A stretch of DNA of 64,000 bases from Pelagomonas calceolata (Eukaryota), in the NCBI GenBank assembly GCA_918797485.1, contig CAKKNE010000001.1:1674001-1738000 (forward strand), written 5' to 3'. Both the position numbers and the translations under genes were made by a program. The notes under the pieces were generated by a model that was not told where the DNA came from, did not search any database, and saw nothing but the letters and a program-made list of their open reading frames with translations. Below are positions 11,629 through 22,500 of this stretch, piece by piece. Each line of letters opens with the position of its first letter. Positions within the stretch are counted from its first letter, which is position 1.

Positions 11629-12375
11629 CTACCTTAGTGGTGCTAGCAATTTCAGGAGCTCGGCGTAGGACCTCTGCGCTCGCTCGACGTCCTTCCGGGC
11701 CTTGCCGAGCATGGTTGCCGAGGGCGACTGGCCACCAGAACCCACAGATGTACTGTAGTCGGCGAACTGGGCCCCTGCGTGGCATATGACCGGTAAGGCG
11801 AGGGACATCGCGGCGATGGCGTATAGCAGGCACGTTCGACGCCGCGGCAAACCATACGCGTCCCCTTCCGCATCCTGTAGCTCGGCGAGGAACTGCTCCG
11901 ACGCCTCCGCGAAGGCGACGGCGTCGAAGGCGTCTGGTAAATCATTCGCCTTGAGGACGCCCCTGAGGCCTCCTCGAATTTTGAAGAGCGGCGAGGTCAC
12001 GCCCACGGTCCCGAGGTATCGGCGCACGCTGTCGCCATCGGTCGCGATGCGGTCCCAGTTCGCCGCAAGCTCGTCAAGCGTCTTCCCGCTCGCGTCGAGG
12101 AGCGGCAGGTATGCTTTGCACTTCGTGGCGTCGGCGACGTCGTAGGTGGCCTTGGCGGCGTCCACCGTTTTGGTGTCGTAGAGCGCGTTCGCGCGCCGCG
12201 GCAGCGTTACCAAGGGTGCGGCGAGGATGCAGCGGCGCGTCGCCAGCGCAATCGGCTGCATTGGTGCCGGCGGTCGCATCGCGGCCGTTGGATGCATCGC
12301 TGCGGGTCGCATCGCTGCGGCTTGCCGCACCGCTGCAGCTGCAGCAGCCAACAGCGTGGTGTGCAGGCCTCGCAT
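11629..12375 (-). CDS. Thylakoid-lumen-targeted protein, 2 exons
   Basis: Signal + transit + twin-Arg RR-hydrophobic-ANA; in-frame GT-AG intron 11775-11852 (78 nt) joins DAYG|AQF; conserved-looking VRRYLGTVGVTSPLF. Confidence 0.7.
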   Translation of the reverse strand: MRGLHTTLLAAAAAAVRQAAAMRPAAMHPTAAMRPPAPMQPIALATRRCILAAPLVTLPRRANALYDTKTVDAAKATYDVADATKCKAYLPLLDASGKTLDELAANWDRIATDGDSVRRYLGTVGVTSPLFKIRGGLRGVLKANDLPDAFDAVAFAEASEQFLAELQDAEGDAYGLPRRRTCLLYAIAAMSLALPVICHAGAQFADYSTSVGSGGQSPSATMLGKARKDVERAQRSYAELLKLLAPLR

Positions 12376-12490
12376 GTCGCTCGTTTTGCAACGCAACTTC
12401 TTCACTATGAAATATGAGTCAGAACGTATTCAAACTCGTGCGCCTCCCGCGTAGCGTTGCAGGAGATGGGTTTTTCAGCCTCGCGCAGAA

Positions 12491-12514
12491 GCTAGCGGCA
12501 TGTAAGACACTAGC
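12491..12514 (-). promoter_or_regulatory. Conserved upstream element (copy 4), divergent promoter
   Basis: gctagcggcatgtaagacactagc, exact reverse complement of the copy at 44778. Confidence 0.7.
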
Positions 12515-12562
12515 ATGAATGCAAAGCCTCGAGACGCTGCCCAGAGCGAGTAGCACGCAACA

Positions 12563-14485
12563 ATGATGGGGCCCGCAGCGCTTCTGTGCGTTGTGAGCTT
12601 ATTAGAAGCCGTGGCTGGCAGCGCGCTGGACAATGGCAGTCGACGGAGGCCGCCCGTGGCAACGTCGCGTGCGCTGGTGGTCGCGCGGGAGCGGCGGCTG
12701 ACAACAGCCGACTACGCATGGGTCGTGAGGCTCGCGGCCAGCGACGCCGCCTCGTACGACCGCTTCGGCTACTCCGTGGCGATCGACGGCGACACCATCG
12801 TAATTGGAGCGTCTGGTTGCATTTGGTCATATTGCAGTTCCATTGCAGGTTCGACCTACGTCTACCGCACGAGCGACGGCGGCGCCACTTGGGTCGAGAT
12901 GGCCAAGCTGACGGCCTCCGACGCCGCATCGAACGACCTCTTCGGCACCTCCGTGGCGATCTCCGGCGACACCATCGTGGTCGGAGCCCACGCCAAGAAC
13001 GATGGCACGGGTGCGGCCTACGTCTTCCGCACGAGCGATGGCTGGGACACGCACACAGAGATAAAGCTGACGGCCTCCGACGCCGCGGCGGGCGACCAGT
13101 TTGGCATTTCCGTGGCGATCGACGGGACCACCGTCGTGGTCGGGGCCTCCGGGAAAGATAGCGGCGACGATTGCACTTATGCGTACGACAACTGGAGCGG
13201 CAACTGGGAGTGGAGTGGCGACGATTGCGACCACGGTGCAGTCTACGTCTTCCTCACCACCGACGGCGGCGCCACGTACGACCAGGTCGCCAAGCTGACG
13301 GCCGCCGACGCCGCGTCGAACGACAAGTTCGGCTACTCCGTGGCGACTTGCACCACGGTCCTCTGTCCCGCCGCGGCGCTGTGCAAGTACGGCAACACCA
13401 TCGTGGTCGGGGCCCCCTATGATAACATCGACGGTGGTAATGGCGGTTATCAAATTGGTCAAGGCTCGGCCTACGTCTTCCAAACGAGCGACGGCGGTTC
13501 CTACGGCCAGGTGGACAAGCTGACGGCCGCCGACGCCGCAGTCGAAGACACCTTCGGCATTTCCGTGGCGATCGACGATGGCACCGTCGTGGTCGGAGCC
13601 TTCGACGCCAACGACTATAAAGGCGCAGCTTACGTCTTCCACGCGACCGACGACCTCCCCGCGTACTCCCAGGTGGCCATGCTGACGCCCAGCGACGCCA
13701 GGAGGAGCGCCTTCTTCGGCAACAGCGTGGCGATTGACGGCGACACCGTCGTGGTCGGAACCGGCGAATACGAAGCCGCCTACGTCTTCCGCACGACCGA
13801 TTACGGCTACACGTACCCCCAGGTGGACAAGCTGACCGCATCCGATCGCGAGGCGAGCTTCTTCGGCTCCTCCGTGGCGATCGACGACGGGACCGTCGTG
13901 GTCGGGGCAAAAGCCGACGAACACGACGGCGGCGACGGGTGGCCATCGAGAAAGGGCTCGGTCTATGTTCTCTCATCGGAGCCGCCGAAGTCCCGGCAGC
14001 AAAAGGACAAGGAAAAGGAAGAGAGTTCGGTTGCGGTGATCGCCGGCGCGGCCGCAGCCGTCGCGCTCCTGCTAGCCGTCGCCGCATTTTGGTTCTACCG
14101 TCGCCGCAAGGCCTCCATGATGGATAAGGCCCACGAGCTGACTCGCGCCAATCCAGAGCCGCTCAAACTGTCAGCACCGGAAGAAGCCACGACCCCAAAA
14201 GAAGAAGAGGCAACCATTCCCGTCGCCCCGGAAGGCGAGGAAGCATCTACCGAGCAACTGCCGCCGCCGCCGCCGCGAAGGTGGTTCTCGCGCGCCGAGC
14301 CTGAGCCTGAGCCTGCCGCGCCGAAAGCCGAGGAGATGTACAACCGGATAGCCGCCTGGTACCACGAGCCGGAGAACGGCGCGCTACGAGCAACTTGGGG
14401 CGCGTATCCGGACCCCGGAGAATTCCAGACGTGGCCCGGCTTCGTCGCGGTGACCAACGCATTCCTCGACCGCGAAGCCGGCTAA
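12563..14485 (+). CDS. FG-GAP repeat (integrin-alpha-like beta-propeller) type I membrane protein
   Basis: Signal peptide; ~7 repeats of KLTASDAA.D.FG.SVAIDGDTIVVGA...GAAYVF; TM helix followed by RRRK; cytoplasmic tail. Confidence 0.9.
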   Translation: MMGPAALLCVVSLLEAVAGSALDNGSRRRPPVATSRALVVARERRLTTADYAWVVRLAASDAASYDRFGYSVAIDGDTIVIGASGCIWSYCSSIAGSTYVYRTSDGGATWVEMAKLTASDAASNDLFGTSVAISGDTIVVGAHAKNDGTGAAYVFRTSDGWDTHTEIKLTASDAAAGDQFGISVAIDGTTVVVGASGKDSGDDCTYAYDNWSGNWEWSGDDCDHGAVYVFLTTDGGATYDQVAKLTAADAASNDKFGYSVATCTTVLCPAAALCKYGNTIVVGAPYDNIDGGNGGYQIGQGSAYVFQTSDGGSYGQVDKLTAADAAVEDTFGISVAIDDGTVVVGAFDANDYKGAAYVFHATDDLPAYSQVAMLTPSDARRSAFFGNSVAIDGDTVVVGTGEYEAAYVFRTTDYGYTYPQVDKLTASDREASFFGSSVAIDDGTVVVGAKADEHDGGDGWPSRKGSVYVLSSEPPKSRQQKDKEKEESSVAVIAGAAAAVALLLAVAAFWFYRRRKASMMDKAHELTRANPEPLKLSAPEEATTPKEEEATIPVAPEGEEASTEQLPPPPPRRWFSRAEPEPEPAAPKAEEMYNRIAAWYHEPENGALRATWGAYPDPGEFQTWPGFVAVTNAFLDREAG

Positions 14486-14507
14486 GTCAGTAGTGTCAAT
14501 GCAACTT

Positions 14508-14880
14508 CTAGATCTTACCCACCGGCCCCTTGTGGTTGCGCTCCAACGGGTTCTCCAGCGTCGACATGAGCGGCTCCCACTCGTCGGGCACGGCCGACAA
14601 GCCGCGGCCGTAGATGTGAATGTCCTTGAGGACGAGTACCTGCGACATCCGGCCCGCGAACGCCGCCGCCCAGCGCGCGAAGTGTCTCTGGTGCGCGGCT
14701 TCCGACTCGTAGCACTCGAGGAGCGTCACCGTCCGGCCGTCCGTAAAGAACTCGAACTCCAAGACGTCCGCGTGAGGAAATTCGGCGGCCTGCCAGTCGC
14801 GGACGAACGCGGCGACGGCGTCGAGGTCTCCAATGGCTTCGAATTCGACGCGCGCCTTGAACGCGTCGTCCGTTCCCGCG
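14508..14880 (-). other. Coding-like segment without its own start; dimeric alpha-beta barrel (ABM-like) domain
   Basis: DDAFKARVEFE...VLEFEFFTDGRTVTLLECYESEAAHQRHF...IHIYG, ending at stop 14508; out of frame with the upstream SASA segment. Confidence 0.45.
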
Positions 14881-14882
14881 CG

Positions 14883-15405
14883 GCTGGGCGACGGCGGCGT
14901 CAAACTTCGCGCCGAGCGAGTACGGCGGTCGGCCCGCGCTCGGCGGACGGAAGTCGACCGCGAGGCTCTTCCCGCCCCAGGCGCATTTGATGAGCAGCAC
15001 CGGCGCTTCGAGCCAGTTCCCCACCACCCAGCCGAAACCGAGCTCGGGCCCGATCTTCGCGGGGCGGGTTGGTCCCTCGACCGCGCCATAGCCGACGGTG
15101 AGCGGTCCGCGGCGGTGAAGATATCTAATCCACACGTCGTCGCGCTTGCGCCACTGGCCGGCGGCCGTGGCGTACTTCGCGAAGCGGGGCGCGGTCGCGG
15201 GATCCCGCAGGAGAAACTCGAGCGAGCCGCGACCACCGTTGCGCTGTGGTTCCGCGGCGACGAAGCCGTGTCCCTCCATGTTCGACTGCCCGGCGAGGAT
15301 GAAAACCTGCAGCGGCTTTTTCTCCGTCGCGCCGGCCGGAGCCGCGAAACCGAGCGCGCCAAGGGCCAGGACCGGGAGCAGAACTTTGAACGCTGGTTTC
15401 ATCAT
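14883..15405 (-). pseudogene. N-terminal half of a bacterial-type sialate O-acetylesterase (SASA, SGNH hydrolase)
   Basis: Signal peptide, VFILAGQSNMEG, IGPELGFG, VLLIKCAWGGKSLAVDFRPPSAG; the later WxQGE and catalytic His blocks are missing and the frame degenerates after DAAVAQP. Confidence 0.65.
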
Positions 15406-15771
15406 TGGTGTGGGTGCAGCAGAGGGATCAGAGCGCGGTGAAAATGATCTCTGAGTGCAGTCTCTCGCCGTGGGTTTGCGTTATACGAGTCGTGTCCGCT
15501 CGCCCGGCGACAGCATGCGTTCTCATGATTAATCAGCGATGTTTTGACGTCTCGATTGACGCGCGACGTGCGTTTGCTGTGGGTTTATTGAGGCTGGGCC
15601 AAAAGCTCGTCTTTTTGAGACGGGTTTTCGCCGACTATACGAGGCCCAATTCCTCGGCCCCGAGTAGGCCAGGACGTAATCGGACACGATCGCACGATGC
15701 GGGACGCTCTCTCTGACGAAACGCCGGCCGCGCGCGCCCCGACGCCGGACAAGAAAAGACCATAACCAATA

Positions 15772-18429
15772 TTAAGTAAGAACAGCGCTATGTGCCCGTC
15801 TTCTCGGACGATTGTCCCTCTCTCCTCGTTCAACCTCCACATCCCCCGACGACGCGCGCCGCGTGACCGCTAAAGATTTCTGCAAGGACGCCTCCCGCCG
15901 CGCAACCCTAGAAGCCTGGGCCACGGCCCCATCGAGGGCCCGCAAGAACGCACCCACCGTCGTAAACACGTAGGACGCCTTCGCGGGCGCGGCCGCATCA
16001 TCAGCTACCGGCTCGCCAAAGTACTCGCAGACGGCGCGCAGTTTCAGCGCCATGGGTGCCAAGCGTCGTCGATCCAGCGCATCCAAGGACCGCCTTGATT
16101 GATCACAGAAGGAGCCTAATCGTGCCACTCGCCGCCCGGCCGACGCGTGCGCCGAGGCTCGTGCTATTGACATCTGACTCCCGGAGGAGGCCCACTTCCT
16201 TCTACGCCTACAAGGGTCGCGCGCGCCCATGAGCGACCGTTCCCTCGATAACGAATCGTTCTCCTCCTTCCTGAGGTCCGAGTCCGCTTCAGCTCTCAGC
16301 TTCTGGACCGTGGCCAGACCGGCCTTGAGTCTTCTAGCTTCATTGCGGAAGTCCTCGATGGGCACTCGTGACGCGTTGGCGACCTTCGTCTTCAGGGACA
16401 CGACGACTTCCGTCAACACGCGGGCGTGGCCCCGCTTCAGCAGGCCCTGGACGACGTAGTCCAGCACCGAGGTTTGTCTATCTCGTCCTTTGGTCTTCAC
16501 GATCGCGAGCAGCGAGCCCAATCTAATTCCGCGCGCGTCGCCGATGGACGTGCCGGCGTTCATGGCGTTCCCGACGGCCAAAATGCGTTGCAATACTAAA
16601 GTCAAGCCTCGACTTTGTACTAACGATTGCGCGGCGTCGATGGCCACGCGCGACCCCTCGTCGATCTTGTCGTAGCGCTCCTGGAAACTTGCTCTTAATT
16701 TCGCCGCTTGCAGATACTCCTGGTGCCGAGGGACGCGAGAAGTCGCCAGAATGAAGCGCTCGGCCGGCGAGCCTAAGTTATATGCAGCTACATTGGGCCG
16801 CGCCGCCCGCTCCGCGTGGAACCACTGGATGACCGATTCCGTCTCCTTTTTTGTGGGGAGGACTTCCTGTAACCTCTCAAGTGCATCGATCGGCAACGCG
16901 GCGGCGCACTCCGCAACGGCGCGCCAGACCCTGTCAAAATCGCCTCGGAACTTGCGAGAAGCGATAGCTAACGCTATGGTCGCATTCTGGGCCCGTTTCG
17001 CATCGAGCGGCGACGCCCGTATCGCCAGGTGCTGCGGGCTTTTCCGTCGCACCGGCGCCGTCGACGCCTTCGCACTGAAGATGTCCTTCAAATCAGTTAA
17101 ATCCTCCGCATCTAATTCACCATCTAATTCCGCAAAAGTATCGCCGCCGTTCCACACACTCTTTTTGGCGTGGGAGTCCATCTTCTCCCAGTGCAAAGCG
17201 ATCGTCGCGCGTTGCGGCTCGGCGGGGCTCGTCGGCGACGTGACCGTCCTCTCCTGGGATACGGACTCGGTCGGCTCCAGCTTGTGGAGCTTCCGGAACC
17301 TCGCCTTCAGCTGCTCGCTGCAGCCGTCCATCTGCATCCTTGCTAACACTCCTTCGGCGGCGACGCCGAACTTCTTCATCTTGAGATAGGCCGCCAGCGG
17401 ATCCGGTTGTTCGGGCTTCTTGAGCTGCGGCTGGCGCTTGGCGAGCATGGCGTTCAACGCGTCGGGCGACGGCTTCGACGCGGGTGTTTCCGGCTTGTTG
17501 TGCCTCGAAAGGCCGGCTCCCAACTTGCCCAGATCCCGCGAGACCTTCGCCGAGATCTCTGGCGACCAGCCCTCGGATTGGAGCCGCTGTTCCAAGTCGT
17601 CGGGTCGCAGACCAGCGACTAACAACGACACGGCCACGCCGTAGGCCTCCTGCTCGTTCGCGCCGTCCACACTCGGTGAGGACTTGGGCCGCGGGTCCGT
17701 GACCTGCGTGGACATCAACCGGTGAGTCTCGTGACCTCCACGCCATCGAGCAGATGCGGTGACGGGAAACGTCGCGTCGATGGCGTAGAACCGCCACGCC
17801 ATCGAGCAGATGCCGCGATGGAGACACCATCGCGTCGATGGCGTGGGGCGCATGAACTTTGATTCCGCACGGGCCGTTGCCGTGGTCGCGTCGTCCTCGG
17901 CATCATCCAAACCCTCCTTTGGTGGAGGCGGCTCGTAGCCCGGCTTCACGACGACGACCGTGTCGGCGTCGACGTTCAGCAGAGCGGCGAGTCGTTTGGC
18001 GTCCGGCGACAGCGAGATACCAGACCCTCGCCCTAGTTTAGCTTTCCGAAAACTAGAAGGCATCTCCGGCGGTGGCGGCGGCCGCGGTCGCGCCGAACCG
18101 CAGACGCCGCACTTCCCGTGGTTCTCGACGTTCAGGAAGGTGCACTGGGGACACGTCCAGGACTCGGGCTTTTTAACGGGAGAGGCGTCCTTGACCTCCT
18201 CCTCGTAGGACGGCTTTCTTCCACGGGGATCTTCATCCAAAGGTGGTATCGGCCTAGGACTGTCCCCAAAGGACCTCCTTCTAGGTGAGCACGCTTCGCT
18301 CGAGTCGAGGGAATCGGACTTACCATTGCGCACCCAGGCCGCGTCCGTGGCATCCAACTCGTCCTCGTAGGAGGTGGAGGACCACCAGGGCGCCGTCGCC
18401 TTGCCGACGGCCTTGACGAGGCCCTCCAT
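15772..18429 (-). CDS. Formin (FH2) with N-terminal RanBP2-type zinc finger
   Basis: WTCPQCTFLN...CGVC; FH2 motifs ALHWEK, LDAKRAQN..IAL, ILAVGNAMNAG, ARGIRLGSL, CEYFGE; in-frame introner intron 17704-17880. Confidence 0.9.
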   Translation of the reverse strand: MEGLVKAVGKATAPWWSSTSYEDELDATDAAWVRNGKSDSLDSSEACSPRRRSFGDSPRPIPPLDEDPRGRKPSYEEEVKDASPVKKPESWTCPQCTFLNVENHGKCGVCGSARPRPPPPPEMPSSFRKAKLGRGSGISLSPDAKRLAALLNVDADTVVVVKPGYEPPPPKEGLDDAEDDATTATARAESKFMRPTPSTRWCLHRGICSMAWRFYAIDATFPVTASARWRGGHETHRLMSTQVTDPRPKSSPSVDGANEQEAYGVAVSLLVAGLRPDDLEQRLQSEGWSPEISAKVSRDLGKLGAGLSRHNKPETPASKPSPDALNAMLAKRQPQLKKPEQPDPLAAYLKMKKFGVAAEGVLARMQMDGCSEQLKARFRKLHKLEPTESVSQERTVTSPTSPAEPQRATIALHWEKMDSHAKKSVWNGGDTFAELDGELDAEDLTDLKDIFSAKASTAPVRRKSPQHLAIRASPLDAKRAQNATIALAIASRKFRGDFDRVWRAVAECAAALPIDALERLQEVLPTKKETESVIQWFHAERAARPNVAAYNLGSPAERFILATSRVPRHQEYLQAAKLRASFQERYDKIDEGSRVAIDAAQSLVQSRGLTLVLQRILAVGNAMNAGTSIGDARGIRLGSLLAIVKTKGRDRQTSVLDYVVQGLLKRGHARVLTEVVVSLKTKVANASRVPIEDFRNEARRLKAGLATVQKLRAEADSDLRKEENDSLSRERSLMGARDPCRRRRKWASSGSQMSIARASAHASAGRRVARLGSFCDQSRRSLDALDRRRLAPMALKLRAVCEYFGEPVADDAAAPAKASYVFTTVGAFLRALDGAVAQASRVARREASLQKSLAVTRRASSGDVEVERGERDNRPRRRAHSAVLT
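17696..17880 (-). mobile_element. Introner forming a 177-nt in-frame GC-AG intron in the formin gene
   Basis: Gene-sense TSD gcaacggc / gtcacgga (5/8); ends ccgtgcggaatcaa ... ttgatgtccacgcag; four internal CGCCATCG-type repeats in alternating orientation. Confidence 0.75.
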
Positions 18430-18908
18430 CTGTGGCCTGTGGGCCTGGGGGGCTGCCCCCGGTCCCTACGATGAGCCCGCTGGGGGGACTGCCCTAGGGC
18501 GCTCGTTCCGATGAATAACTCATGCTCGCGGGGCAGTGCTTTGGGTGTGCCGTTCCGCGCGCGTGCGGCTTCCCCGATGTAGTGCTCCCCAGCGCAGCGT
18601 GCCCCGCACGAAACGCGAGGAGCCGAACGCCGCTCCCACTCGTCTTTGGAGTGTCGCCAGTCATCGTCAAACTCCCGGGAGGGTCGCAACGCCTCCGACT
18701 CTCCGACCCCAGTCTCAACAAAACCACGCCCGGCGTCATCGCCTCGACGCTCCGTGTACGCGAGACTAGCCAACTTATTCGTCGCTAGACCGCTGTCTAT
18801 CAACGCATTGCTCTATTCGACGAGCGCTGCTGCAACGATTCGTTTTCGCGGCACGCACGTCAACAAAAACACGCTCTCTGACTCCCAGGGCTGCTGTTTC
18901 ACGCGACC

Positions 18909-19448
18909 ATGGCCCGTAGCACTCGAGCAGCGCTCCTCTTGATCGCCGGCGCCGGCGCATTGCAGGCGCCCGTCGCGCCGAGACGCGCGATGACCACTGC
19001 GCAGAGGCCCACGACGGCGCTCCAAGCCTACAACGACTTCGATGAACGGGGCATGCGCAAGTTCCGCTGGAACATGAACGTCGGAAGAGAACCGTGGGGC
19101 TTCTCGCTGAACGCCGAGGTGTGGAACGGAAGAATTGCTATGTTAGCGTTCTTTTGGGTCTTGATCCAAGAAGCCATCGTCGGCAAGGGCTGCATCACCG
19201 TCATTCAAGAAGCGGAGCACTGGTGGCAGCTCATCGTGCCCGGCGTCACCGCGGGCACGTTCTTCGTGCTCGTCGCGTTCGTGACCAACACGATCGCGAG
19301 CCAGGACGGGGACGATTTCTCGACGGACGAGATCCTCGCCGAGTTGACTGGCGAGGCGCCGAAGACGGCGCCGCCAGCCCCGGCGGAGGAGAAGGGCTTC
19401 GAGCTGCCGGCGTTCGAGCTGCCGAAGCTGCCCAACCCGTTCGAGTAA
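18909..19448 (+). CDS. LHC-like chlorophyll-binding protein (HLIP/SEP type), plastid-targeted
   Basis: WGFSLNAEVWNGRIAML LHC motif, second TM helix, bipartite presequence. Confidence 0.85.
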   Translation: MARSTRAALLLIAGAGALQAPVAPRRAMTTAQRPTTALQAYNDFDERGMRKFRWNMNVGREPWGFSLNAEVWNGRIAMLAFFWVLIQEAIVGKGCITVIQEAEHWWQLIVPGVTAGTFFVLVAFVTNTIASQDGDDFSTDEILAELTGEAPKTAPPAPAEEKGFELPAFELPKLPNPFE

Positions 19449-19471
19449 ACATCCACTGTCTTAAATGATCA

Positions 19472-19549
19472 TCTACTACTAGTACGACTACTAGTACTAC
19501 TATACGACTACTACTACTAGTAGTACTAGTACTAGTACTAGTAGTACTA
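19472..19549. repeat. Imperfect (TACTAG/TAC)n microsatellite in a convergent spacer
   Basis: tctactactagtacgactactagtactac...tagtactagtactagtactagtagtactat; core is self-complementary. Confidence 0.85.
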
Positions 19550-19593
19550 TCAGAAAGATACAACCCCAAATAATTAGTATGTACTAGTGTGCA

Positions 19594-22500
19594 CTACGGC
19601 GCCTCCTTCGCCTCGACCGCCTCCGCCGGAGCCCCGCCCCGCAGCTTCTGGATGTACCCCCGCGGGTCCTTCAGAAAGGCCACGTCGCCCTTGCCATTCG
19701 TGGGACCGCACAGCGCCAACAAAGCCATCATCCCGAAGTTGCTGACAACAAATGAGGACATGATCAAGGTACAGATGAAGTAGCCGAACATCTTGAACCA
19801 GAGCAAGTCGCAACTAAATAGGGCGCAGCACGCGCCGAACGTCGTAATGCACCCTGATAAGACAGATATACCCATCTCGCCCATCGCAAGTCTCACTCTT
19901 TCAGAAGATGTCAAGGTGGGATCCTGATGATTGTAGGCGTGCGACATGTGTAAAACATAGTCGACGGCCATGCCCCCGGCGATGGAAACATCAATTGACT
20001 CAATCACGTTCAGTTCCCAGCCGTAGAAGACCATCAGCGCCAATGTCGTTGATACGGTGGTCACTAATGACCCAAACGCTATGAGAGTAACGATCCAGTT
20101 CGCGGTCGCACAGAGCATGATGATGAGCGCAAAGGCGAACGCCGTGACGATGTTTATTCTACTACTATCATAAAATGCTTTTGAGGCCACCATCCAGTCG
20201 TCGTAGTACGTCACCTGGTAGATGTGTCCTCCCAAGAACTGTTTGGCCTTCTTCAGGGCCGCGCGCGCGCCCTCGTGCACGTCGTACAACTCGTCGAACG
20301 AGTCCCGGTCCACGTCTCGCGTCGTGTTGAAGCCCGCAAACACCGCTTTTATGGTGTTACCTTCCACGTGGAAGCCCGTCTGGTCTCCCGGGTATTCACT
20401 TTGACCTCCGAGGTGCAACCAGCCGTAGGGCGGCTCCCACGAGTCCCGGAACTCGATCAGCTTCGCCACGAAGGCGTCGTTGTCGTCTGGCGAGTAGGGA
20501 AAGGTCAGATTTTGATGAAGTACATAGTTCTTGAAGTCGATCATGAAATTGTAGTGTCCTGATTCATAGTGTGGCGAGGCGCCCTGAGCCCGGAGTTCGT
20601 CCTCATAAGCGGTGGAGGCGTCGATCCACGCCTGCTGGTGCTTCGCAAGGTCAAAGCCCTTGTACTTCGCCGAGCCCATGCAACTCTTGCCGTCCAGCGT
20701 CTCGCCCTCGACGCACGCCGGGTGCGCGCCGCCCGTCAGGGCCCAGGGGTCGTCCTCGCTGATGCCGGCGACGAGCCACGATGACTCCTTCTCGTCCGTG
20801 CGCTCCTCCAGGAACTTGTACTTCGTGGCCTTGTCGTGTAAGGTGAAGGGGTGGTCTGATACAAACCAGTCCGTGGCGGACGTGGCTCGCACGAGCAGCA
20901 GGTTCCACACAATCATGGAACTGACGAGGATGCCACAGAATAGGATTGTAAGGGGTATTTTGCCCTTAATGATGAAGTCGGCGAAGGGGCCGCCGTAGAA
21001 CCGTTCGACGAGCCTCGGTTTCTTCGCGTCCGGCGGTCGCACCTCGTCGACCTTGTCGTCGGAGGACGGCGCTGCACCGACCGGTGATGATTTCAAACAC
21101 GCCTTGGTGCCGCAGTCCTTGCACTGTTGCGGGAAGTACCTCTCTCGCACGATGCAGGCCGCCGGTAGGAACGTGATCACTAGGAGGTAATCAGCGAAGA
21201 CCATCACAGCGCTGACGACCCCGAAGCACTGGATATCCCAGATCGGCGAGACGGCACACGCCACGAACGCCGCACAGGTCGTCACCGACGTCGCGAGCAT
21301 CGCCGACGCGGCCCGGTTGTAGGCCCACGTGAACCTCAACAGCAGCGATTCTCTCACCTCGCGGGCCGGATGCATCGCGCTCTGCTTCCACGCGTCCATC
21401 AGCACAAATATATCATCGCACCCAATGCCTAGAATGATAAACACCCCGTTGTACATGAGGTACGTCACGTAGTCCTGCTGCATGATCACCACCCACACAA
21501 ATAACCCAATCGGGAAGCTGATGACGATTTCAAATAACCCGCAACACGCGATCCACACGGACTTGGTCTGCAGGATCAAGACGATAAGTACGATGATCAC
21601 GGCAATCAGCAGTTTCTGCTGGTCGTTCGCGAGGTAGTAATCGATGAAATAGCAAGCTCCGTCGAACACTAAGTCATAATCCGCCTCCTTGAAGCTTTCG
21701 CCGTCGTGTAACTTGGTGCGTAGTTTATGTAACCTGGGCATCATAGTACCAATAGCCCACTCCTCCACTTCCTCCTCCTCAGCATCGTCCCAGCAGTCGC
21801 CCTCGCACCTAGATAACGGCATGCCCGTCGCATACGTGATCTTGGCGTAGGTCGCTTTGTTGGAGGTACAGTCCCAGCCGCCGCCCACCGTGAACGCGCG
21901 TTGCGCCGCGACGACGGTCATGCATTCGTCCGACGCAGAACCCGCGACGTCGTACTGGAAACTTTTCTTGCGGCCTTTTCCTATATTGACGGACGTGCGG
22001 TAGACATCAGTAGATTCACAAAGAGGCCCGAAGGCATCTGTCGCGAACTGATCTACACTGCCGAAGTGGTCGTCGCACGTTGGTAATGATGCATCTAAAT
22101 ACGCGCCACAGGTGTTGTTCGCGCACGTTGCTAGAGGAGGTGGTGCATTCGCGAGGCCCTCGAAGACTGACGTCGGTGGCACGCACGTCGCGCCACCGTC
22201 CTCACTCAAACAGTAATCATCATAACCCTCGGTGTGCGTGAGGCGCCGGTGGATCCTCCGTAACGTAGACAAACCCTTCCCTAGTATATCGCCCGACTTC
22301 CTAGCTCTCACAACAACGGAGAACCGGCAGTCCTCCTCTCGTCTAGGTGCGCCGTGGTCTGTAGTATCTTCGTGGGCGTCGAGGCGGCGCCTCTGCTGCC
22401 TTTTCGTGGACCTTGTGGTCTTGACGGGGATCCGCGCCAGCGTCGCCTTGGACACGCCGTGGTTCTTGCTCAAGACACTATCTGAGGACAGCCGCCGCCG

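Noticed and set aside
12700..13975. Regularly spaced nucleotide repeats as an array or mobile element
   Set aside because: Fully explained by in-frame FG-GAP beta-propeller repeats.
16140..16230. Possible second in-frame intron in the formin (ARDPCRRRRKWASS...)
   Set aside because: The sequence looks atypical, but I found no convincing YAG acceptor that preserves the frame; left unresolved.
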